Assembly: GCA_951406725.2 (NCBI GenBank)
Contig: OX597825.1
Location: forward strand, 56,296,001 to 56,360,000
Direction: 5' to 3'
Length of the DNA stretch: 64,000 nt
From: Octopus vulgaris
Taxonomy: Eukaryota
Of the stretch, positions 55,071 to 64,000 are shown piece by piece. Each line of letters begins with the position of its first letter. Within the stretch, counting starts at the first letter, position 1. A program made the translations under genes and the position numbers. The notes under the pieces were generated by a model, which was not told the DNA's origin, searched no databases, and worked only from the letters and a program-made list of their open reading frames with translations.

Positions 55071-56884
55071 TTCTGATATTGACATCCTATATCAATAATA
55101 AAAATTAATAAAATATGATGGCTCGAATCCACAAAAATCAAATGAGTTCTCATTTCCGATTCTTATTTGGGTACGGAATGAGCGCATATTTTCATTCTCT
55201 CCATATTCTGGCAGATTCGAACGGGAATATCTGATTGTAATTACTTTTTTGTCAGAGAACGCATCTCTTCTTTAGCCGTTAAGTGTTCATAACACACGTG
55301 ATTCCCCTCTGTAAGGTTTAAGATGGTTTTGAAACACTGCAGGGGCTTTCAAGGTCCTCTTACACCTGTGGAAAACGTCTATTACGAACACATAACGTCA
55401 TGAAGAGTCCTCGATTCAACTAGTTAAATCTACTGGAAATAACCTAATTTCTCTTAAATTACAGATATTCTGACATTCTAAGAGCGGAAGACATTTGAAA
55501 AATCAAATTCATTAGTACAAAACCCCGCTATGGATATGGATGATGGCAGATTTGGGAGAGAGCAGAACAAAATACTCGAACGTATTTAGGTTCGTGTGTG
55601 AGTGTGAGTTCAAATCCTGTGAGTGGTGCTCTTTACTCTACATTCTTCGTGAAGTCGGTGATAAAAATAATAATGTGTCAAGAAATGATGTACTGCAGTT
55701 TCGATTCAATCAACGATAACTCTTTCCCTACAAATTGCTGGCCCCCTGCCAATAGAAGATATCATAATTAACATTTTCTTATGCAGTCAGACTTGAAGAA
55801 TGTCCAAATTATCTGTCTTGCATTGTACTAGCTCTGTACTAGCACAACTTTGCTTTCTTTCCTTTCTCGAAGCTTCCATTCATCTTGTGTGAACACACCA
55901 ACTTAGTGTGAGCTATTTCCTCAGTGAAAAGCACATTATCTCTACCGTTTATACTTTATCTAGTGCTAACATCTTTGTTTCTTACTTCCTCACACAGTTT
56001 ACTTCAGCTAAAGCTACATATTCACACTTTGTCTAACTATTCTTAAACCTTTCAAGATCATTATTGCTTTGCAATTTTACTTTATTCTTCCGTCCTTCAT
56101 TTCTCCTTCTTCTCTTCCTTCTTCTTCAGAAGTCTGTTAATCTCATTAGTTGTCCTAATAAATCAGCTAGCTTCGAGCCTTTGCTTCCAATCTTTTCGAT
56201 TTTGACGTTCCTTCTCGTCCATCTACTTAACTCGGCCCCACCATCCGCCACCAGACCTCTGCACCAGCCACCTCTCACCTAAACGAATACCATACTCATT
56301 ATCAGCTTTCCCTTAAAAACCAACACATACGTCTCTCATCATCTCATACCCCTATCAATAGCTCACTTTCTCTCATCGTCTTTCCTATTATCTACTTCCT
56401 TCTTTCCCTCTCTCCTCTCCTATGTTTTCCCTTTCGTCATCGTGTTATTCTTACCTTCATGCTTAGCTTTCTCCCAATGTAATTATTATATAAACTGTAT
56501 CTGTGATTACTTATTTGTAATCTTTCTCTCACTTTTCTTTGTCTCTCTTTGTCTCTCCCTCCTTTCCTTGATTCACCTTCTTTCAATATATATGTGTGAG
56601 TGTGTGTGCATGTGTGAGTGTGTGTATGCATGTGTATATATTCTACACATTATACAGCTATGTATGTGTGTGCGTGTATATATATAGCTGTAGAAGGAGG
56701 CATTTGTGTATATACCTACGCACACTCACACAGATACGTATATATATATATATGTGTGTGTGTATGTATGTGTGTGTGTGCATACATACAAGTACACACA
56801 CACACACACTGTGACTTAAAATTCTTTATATAGGTTTACGTATTTCAGGATGAAACAATTTACACGTTGCTAGCTACTCTTGAA

Positions 56885-56934
<50 letters not shown>

Positions 56935-57104
56935 ATTCTCTCTCTCCCTCTCTCTCTCTGTTTCTATATCTCTGTCTCTCTTTCTATCTACCTATCTATA
57001 TATCTCGCTATCTCTATTTATTTATCTATTTATCTACCTATCTCTCTATCTCTCTATTGATCTACCTATCTATCTATCTAACTATCTATCTCTGAGTACA
57101 TATC

Positions 57105-57275
57105 TTTTATCTTTTACTTGTTTCATTTATCAAACTGTGGCCGTCGCCTCTATTGGTTTATCGAACAAATTGAATCCAGTACTGATTCTAAAGCCTGGTA
57201 CTTATTCTATCAGGCTCTCATTGCCGAACCGAAGATGTAAACAAACCAACACCTGTTGTCAAGAAATTTTGGACG
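57105..57275 (-). mobile_element. SINE family A 3' fragment
   Basis: ttttacttgtttca...aagcctggtacttattctatc...gccgaaccg...ccaacacctgttgtcaag. Confidence 0.7.
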
Positions 57276-57283
57276 TTACACGT

Positions 57284-57601
57284 TGTAGGCTCGATCTGAG
57301 AGACTAGCTAGTTTGTTTAAGCCGACACCCAGAGTTTCCCCCGAGAACGTCGTCACTTTTCTCCACCATTAATTCCCTTCAAGGACAACTTCCCTTATGC
57401 AACTGCTCATCGACCCCGTAGGTCAGCAGTCGTTACCGGCTTCTTGCCGAAACTCGCCTCTATTACGGAGAGCCGTGACAGGCCGCCCAGGTACGAACTA
57501 AATAAAGTCCACTACGTTGGACCCATTACCGTCCCCAGAAAGTCGAACGAAGTGCTGCTAGAAAGCCACACACATCTACTTGAAGCCGTTTAGCACCTAC
57601 A
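57284..57601 (+). mobile_element. Probable solo LTR (318 bp)
   Basis: GC-richer island bounded by TGTAGG...CCTACA (TG..CA, 6-bp inverted ends) with AATAAA at 57501. The flanks cacgt/tacat are only an imperfect TSD. Confidence 0.6.
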
Positions 57602-58159
57602 TACATAGACACGTATGTATGTTCTAGTATATGTATGTTACATGAAAGCATAAATATATATATGCAAGCAATGTTACTAAAAATTATAGAAGATAGAATT
57701 ATTGAAAATATTTAAAAGTACATAGAAAAACTTAACACCTGCAAAACAAAATAAAATCGAAAAATAATTAAATGAGAACGTTAACTACTATAATTCACTG
57801 AATAACAAAAACCAAACCAGAACACAAGTGAAAATATATATAAATAGAAAGGAATATGAGAAACATTTAAGAATAGGATATTCTGAATGTAGAAATCATA
57901 AATCTAACAATAACCTAAAGACGGAAAGAATTAAAATCAATAGATCTTTCTATGAACCGAGGAAATAGTTCTGTGAAGAATAAAAGTTCATGATTAAATA
58001 GTATCAACAATAAAATGAACATAAACGTGACCATCATTAGTTGTATAAAAACAGACATGAACATCAATATAACCAAGAGAAATCAGATAACATATACGTA
58101 TGCCAGCGTAGTTACAAACGAAATTGGGTCTTCGGCGAGTGTGTTCGTATAGTAAAAAC

Positions 58160-58360
58160 GTTTCTTATTCAAGTACAAGGTCAGTAATTTAGAGAGGAAT
58201 GTTAATCGCTTAAATCGACTCCGTTTTTTAACTGTTTATTTTTTTAAACGACACCAGGAAAAAAAATGACGCGACGGAATTTGAACTCAGAACCCCACGA
58301 TTAATACTGTAAGCTATTTTATCCGATACTCTTATGCTTCTGCCTATCCACCATCTTAAC
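58160..58360 (-). mobile_element. SINE family B, diverged
   Basis: gtacaaggtcagtaattt...cggaatttgaactcagaac. Confidence 0.7.
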
Positions 58361-58399
58361 TTGCATTAAAACACAAGCGAACAGCTTCTCAAGCAACGA

Positions 58400-61163
58400 T
58401 AGAGAAAGAGAGATGATAAAAGAAGACATCATTGAATTTTTAATGGAATCGGTAACGAAACATCACAATTGGAAAGAAGAGAAGAAACAAATAACTCAAA
58501 ATCTAACCATGAGACTTCTGCGAATCTTTAGAAGTGAAAGATTTCAATTTCAATCCAAAGCGAATTTTACGAAGTCTGTAAAATTAGAAATCCATGCAGC
58601 ACCATCTGCAATAGAAGTAGAAGAGTTCATGGGTCGGGGGACAAGGAAATTCAACGCTCATGGCACAAGAATGTTCCAAACAAGCTCAGCATCTTAAGAG
58701 TCATATGAGAACATATTAATTCGCATATTAATTCTTGAATTAGCATAGACGCTACAAATGAGTGAACAAATAAAAGATACAAAATAGTTATGTAAACCCC
58801 TACTATTAGTTAAAAATTATTGGATCAGCTATTTGAATGAGGTCGAAATAATCTGAATGACTCACTGAGGAGCGTACATACCCTCCAAGACATAAAAAAC
58901 AGCAAATTCTAATAACTATAAATCTTTAACCTGCCTGTCTTGGGTTTAAAAAGCCTTAACTGCAAAAAATTCAAAGTGGGTCAATAGCTACCTACGAAAA
59001 AAAAAACCCACTACTTTCCAGGAAAGCACAGCTAATATTTCAAACGATCAGCTTTTTGTAAAAATTACTTATCAATAAAACATTGGCATAAGACTGTATA
59101 AGGAGAAAGTTGTGTCTATACATGGTATTGGTTTAACATCAAAAGGTTTTTGAGAGTCTGATATTTGGGTCCTGTAAACATTTGTCACGAATAAAGTAAC
59201 ACCAATAATAGCAAGGTATATCATTTTAACACCATGATCTGGCTTTTGAGAGACTAACAGAATCCACCTTGTTGTAAACATCCGGGCAAAATCTCAAGAT
59301 AACTTTTTGTCACCTGATTCGATAACTCAAAAGTGTATCACGGATGCTGCTAGTCTTCCTCTGACTTAACCATTAAAATACATATTATCAGTAAATCTTT
59401 TGATACATATAAAGAGGGGATTATAAGAATAAGTACCAACATTTGAAGAATGAAAATATTACAAGTGCACTTCCTCACTAGATTCCTTTTCATCCTGACG
59501 TTAACTCAGTTAACGTACACGTTAAATGAGACTGGACTAAGATACGAATGCTACGATAAGATCATAAACCAACTGGTGCAAATGGACTAACTCAAGTAGC
59601 ATGATGTACATGATAAATAACTAGAAACACCACCATAGACTATACACAAATTTACTTTAAGAATTCATATGGAATCAGGATTAAAATGCACAAGAAAGCC
59701 TTGAAATCAGGGGAAAAAATCAATTCAAATGCTAATACGTTGTAGTTAGATAACGATAAAAAAGGATGAAGGAAAAAGATTAAACACAAACCTACAAGCA
59801 CACACAACGAAAAGACATGTTAATAATGTATATTATAAATGCGTTTTTAGAACAGAGCTAAATGTTAAAAGAAAATAAGGTAACAGAAATCAAAATTCTA
59901 GCTCTCCCTCTAATAAGTTATAGCTACAATTGGACAGTAAGGGATTATCAAGAATAGTCAAGGAAAGAAGAAAGATAATGGCTGCATTTAGAATGCACCA
60001 CACAAATTCCGAAATAGAAAGGTAATATTTAACAAGGGGTTGATAGAGTTTTTCCTCATCTAGAACTTAAATATAAGTCTATCATGAGCGTTAATATTTA
60101 TAAGGTCGAAGATTATAACACCCACCCTTCCTGAATAGGACGACACGCCGTCGCACAGTTAACTTCAGAACTTTCTGGAACTCATATACAGCAGATTGAA
60201 CTGGAGCAACGTGAGATGAAGTACCTTGCTCAAGAGCAAAACGCACCACTCATTCCTGGAATAAAACCACTTTCACAGTTAGCCCACGCACTTTCGCCAA
60301 CAAGAACATTGTTATAAAATATCGACTATAGGACCAGAGAACTATCTAGTAAAGAAGAATGGGAAATGAATTCAAATAGATATGAAACACGAATTAAACG
60401 GTTTCGAGCCAAAAAATACAATACAGAGGCTGAAATTACAGATATTCGTATGGAGAAAAGTGAAAAAAACAACAGATTGTTAGAAATAAAGGTGTACGCT
60501 AAAGATATGATGCTGAAGCGATGCAAAGATAACTCTTCATGGCCGAATACTGAAAGAGAGTAAAACAAGAGAGAGGATAAGAAGAAAACACTTCAGTAAT
60601 AACTGAGAATCGCAGGACTCAAAAGTGAAAGTGAAGGATCTTTATATTGCTTATAAAAGGTCGAAACCTTTATGCGCGAGACTAACAAAACGATGAAATG
60701 AAACTGAATATAGTACCTGGAGAATGTGTAGATGTTGAGGAAAAAAGCAATTAACCTTATCATGTTCGATTTCTCGTCTTGGAAAAGATGTATACAAACT
60801 TTGACAAGAAAAAATAAAGACATACGAGTAGATAAGTGGGACACGAGATGAATACGGAATTCAACAGTAGAAACAAAAATGTAGATATAAATGCACCAGT
60901 CATCGTGTTTTAAGTAAGAAATTGTACATTACGTAAAATGAAGCTATATTGAAACCAGAAAACGTCTGTCGCATTTCGAACTTACCACCTTAAAGCTGAT
61001 AGAGGTAAGAGATATATACATCGTACAGAAGGATGTAGAATGGGTTTGATAGAAATATTTCAAATTGGCGAAGAAGGATCTATTAACATACTTAGAAACA
61101 CACAAATGTAGACTGTTCAGATCAAGAGATTAAGATGTTATTAAATATATGTATGTCTACATT

Positions 61164-61226
<63 letters not shown>

Positions 61227-62070
61227 AAAGCACGAACTAATTGTTTAAATATTTACAGAAGCAGAAGCCATAGATAAGTGAAAAGTAATCAAAAAGTCAT
61301 AATCAAAGCAAAACTGCAAGAAATACTACAGAAAAAAATTGATAGAAAAACTTCTTTGATTGTCAATATTTTTACTGGCTTGAACAGAGAGGAAGTGAGC
61401 CAATCTCAGAATTAAGAATGTCTTAAAGGCTCCAAACTAAAGACAGAAATGATAGGTCTACTTTTAGCTGCACAGATCAATGCCCAGACACAAATTTCTT
61501 CCAAAATAAATAAAAAAAAAAGTCAACAAAAATTGCGGATTGTATAATCAACGTTTAGAAACAAGTGATTACATTTCTGATTGGACAGTCTTCGTAATGA
61601 CAGAATATTTTCAAAGATATGGCTGAGTATGTAGCGGTATCGATTGGAAAATATGTAGTATATAAACTCTATTTTAACATGAAAGCTGTAAATAAGTTTA
61701 ATAAGTTGTACGGTTAGGTAGGATATCCGGTATGTGACAATGGTGCAAATACGGTGCTTTGAGACATGACTACACTAACTGACAAGAAGATTGAAGGGAT
61801 CTTATCAGCAACAAAAGACTGAAACGGATACCTCTGTACTCCAGTCGACATTGTAATCCGATTTCTTCAGATCAAAAACATTTCTTGGAAGGGAGAAAAA
61901 CAGCTGTCAATGTACAAGAACTTTAAAATAGAAATAAGTTGAGACGAAAATAACAACCTGCATTAATAAAACGCAGTAGGTATGATAATAACGAACCAAG
62001 GCTGGAAGATAACAATTATGCCAGGGTTTAAACCTTTATACACAAACTATGTAAATCACTTCCAGACCGA
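58400..62070 (+). mobile_element. Highly decayed R4/Dong-like LINE relics (at least two overlapping pieces, with a SINE C-like insert at ~60120-60300)
   Basis: LTEERTY..NNYKSLTCL, ILALPLISYSYNW..RMHHTNSEIER, AGLKSESEG (~60611), a second LKTEMIGLLLAAQ (~61435) and KQLSMYKNFKIEI. Confidence 0.65.
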
Positions 62071-62344
62071 AATTCTATTTAATGAGCATTCAATCCTCAC
62101 AGCATATTACAATCTACACAATATATGTTCTGTTCATTCACTTCGCTATACTACGAAACAACCAGCTTCCCGCTTATTCTGCATTATCCCTTCTGCACGC
62201 CTTCCATACAATAACACAACCTGTACCCCACACATTCTACGTTATTGCCGCTACACAAATAGAAAAATACACAAGTAGAACAACATATAATATACGCAAA
62301 CTCATATCCCGACACTATAACTTCCACGACACATACTCTCTCTT

Positions 62345-62377
<33 letters not shown>

Positions 62378-62872
62378 ACATATATATATACACACACGCA
62401 CACACATATAAGGACTCCAAGGAAGAGTCAAGAACAGCATATCCGTGTATCGACAGTGTGTATGGACACGTACGTATTTACTAGAGTATGTACGGTTTGG
62501 GCCTTTCAGTTACGCATACAGCCACATGTACAGACTAAATACACTCAACGTATACGTAAAATCACACAAGAGTATACTCCGGACTGAAGTCCACGGTTCC
62601 CAGTGTCGTGGTGAGATAGTCAAAACGCATTTTCACCTTTTTGTGCCAAAACTCCTAAATATTAAATTTTGGATTTTAATTTTAATGCAGCAAAAGAATT
62701 ACATGATGTAATCGGTTTGTTCATCAATAGAAAACACGTCTGCAACAGCTTTAGTGGACCCCAGTACATTTGTGTTATTATACACAGACAAACAGACAGA
62801 CAGACAGACACAGACACGCATACACACACAAACACACACATATATACATACATACAAATATACATAAATGCA

Positions 62873-62928
<56 letters not shown>

Positions 62929-62980
62929 TAAGTGTGTGTATTATATATATATAATGATTGTATATGTATATATATATATA

Positions 62981-63278
62981 TGATGAAAACGTTCAAGGAT
63001 CCTTACCTGACGTTTGTACAGAGTCCATGTCTCACATGAGTAGAGAAGCGATGTCAGTACACAAGCACGGTACACAGCAACTTTGTTCTCCTTGCGATGC
63101 CATGTTGGGACCAGATACGAGACTGAAGAGACCGGAAGGAATTAGTTGCTCTCTGCAACCTGAAAGATATTTCCTCATCCAAGGAGCAAGAACGGCTGAG
63201 TGTGATGCCCAGGTAAACAAACTTGTCTACTACCTTCAGAATTGTTCCTTCAACCAAGATAGCTGGTTCTATATATGG
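62981..63278 (-). mobile_element. RTE-clade LINE, inverted 5' segment (post-RT region)
   Basis: EGTILKVVDKFVYLGITLSRSCSLDEEISFRLQRATNSFRSLQSRIWSQHGIARRTK/VAVYRACVLTSLLYSCETWTLYKRQVRILERFH. Confidence 0.9.
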
Positions 63279-63287
63279 ATATATATT

Positions 63288-63606
63288 TGATATGCAGGAC
63301 ACTGACTGGGAGAACAATGCCTGTCATCGCCACAGATGGAGGAAGCAGGTTAAGGAGGGGATCGACACTTTTGAGAGAGCACGTATCCAGCATGAAGAAC
63401 TTAAGCGAGCTGCGCGAAAGCGCACGGCTTGTATAGTGAATGAGGAAAGCTTGGTCTGCAATGTTTGCAGTCGTGTTTGCTTGTCAAGAGCAGGGCTCAT
63501 TAGCCACCAACGGAGCCGCAAATGCAAAATATAAGTTAGTCCTAGAGCGCACAATGTTTCTGAAGGTCGGCAATGGTCTTCCTCGGTCACGAGTGGACGG
63601 CCATCA
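63288..63606 (+). mobile_element. RTE-clade LINE 3' end (C-terminal zinc-finger-like motif and 3' UTR)
   Basis: DTDWENNACHRHRWRKQVKEG..LVCNVCSRVCLSRAGLISHQRS*, then a short 3' UTR ending gccatca(ta)n. Confidence 0.9.
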
Positions 63607-63656
63607 TATATATATACAGACATAGGTGTATATGCATATATATATGTATATACATA

Positions 63657-63735
<79 letters not shown>

Positions 63736-64000
63736 AGTTGGAAAGAAAGCCCTGTAACGTTTCAAAATGAAACAAAAAAATGCTTCTTTTTTCTTAATGC
63801 CCTTAATATATTTAATCAAGATAATATATTTCCCTTCGTTATTGATAATATAATCCCATCTTTTTGGTAAATTGTTGATCCCTCGGCCGTACAATTCTTC
63901 AGTTTTTGAAATAAAAAAAAAACCCTCAAGACAATTCTTAATCTTCTTACAATTAATATACCGCCTTGCTTGTAAATAACGTCGAATGATTTCAAAAGAT

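Noticed and set aside
62485-62525. Minus-strand ctgaaaggcccaaaccgtacatac, resembling a collapsed hammerhead
   Set aside because: Both core boxes are defective and stem II is absent; it is too degenerate to call.
63223-63534. Host C2H2 zinc-finger gene
   Set aside because: The single finger-like motif is the usual C-terminus of RTE-clade ORFs and is adjacent to RTE post-RT sequence.

Overview
This is an AT-rich, repeat-saturated eukaryotic window, with no recognisable intact protein-coding gene, rRNA, true tRNA or CRISPR array. The microsatellite load and the tRNA-derived SINE families point to a coleoid cephalopod, most likely Octopus (an inference from remembered repeat families, not a search). 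Almost all ORFs in the supplied track are microsatellite read-throughs or retroelement debris. The window holds several decayed RLE-endonuclease (R4/Dong-type) LINE relics, all on the + strand, plus Tx1/L1-type LINE pieces, a 5'-inverted RTE LINE, two maT/mariner-like relics, a ~1 kb MITE, a probable solo LTR, about 30 SINE copies from 4 families, and some candidate non-coding exons. The most interesting signal is a pair of related, young, non-coding elements at 29046-29938 and 47299-48110, with inferred monomers of ~560 and ~505 nt. Each carries a type I hammerhead ribozyme motif, sits in a (TA)n tract, and shows both a head-to-tail (circularly permuted) repeat and a near-perfect long inverted copy. 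This fits Penelope-derived, retrozyme-like RNAs inserted by two-ended priming. All coordinates and alignments were made by eye, so relic boundaries are approximate.
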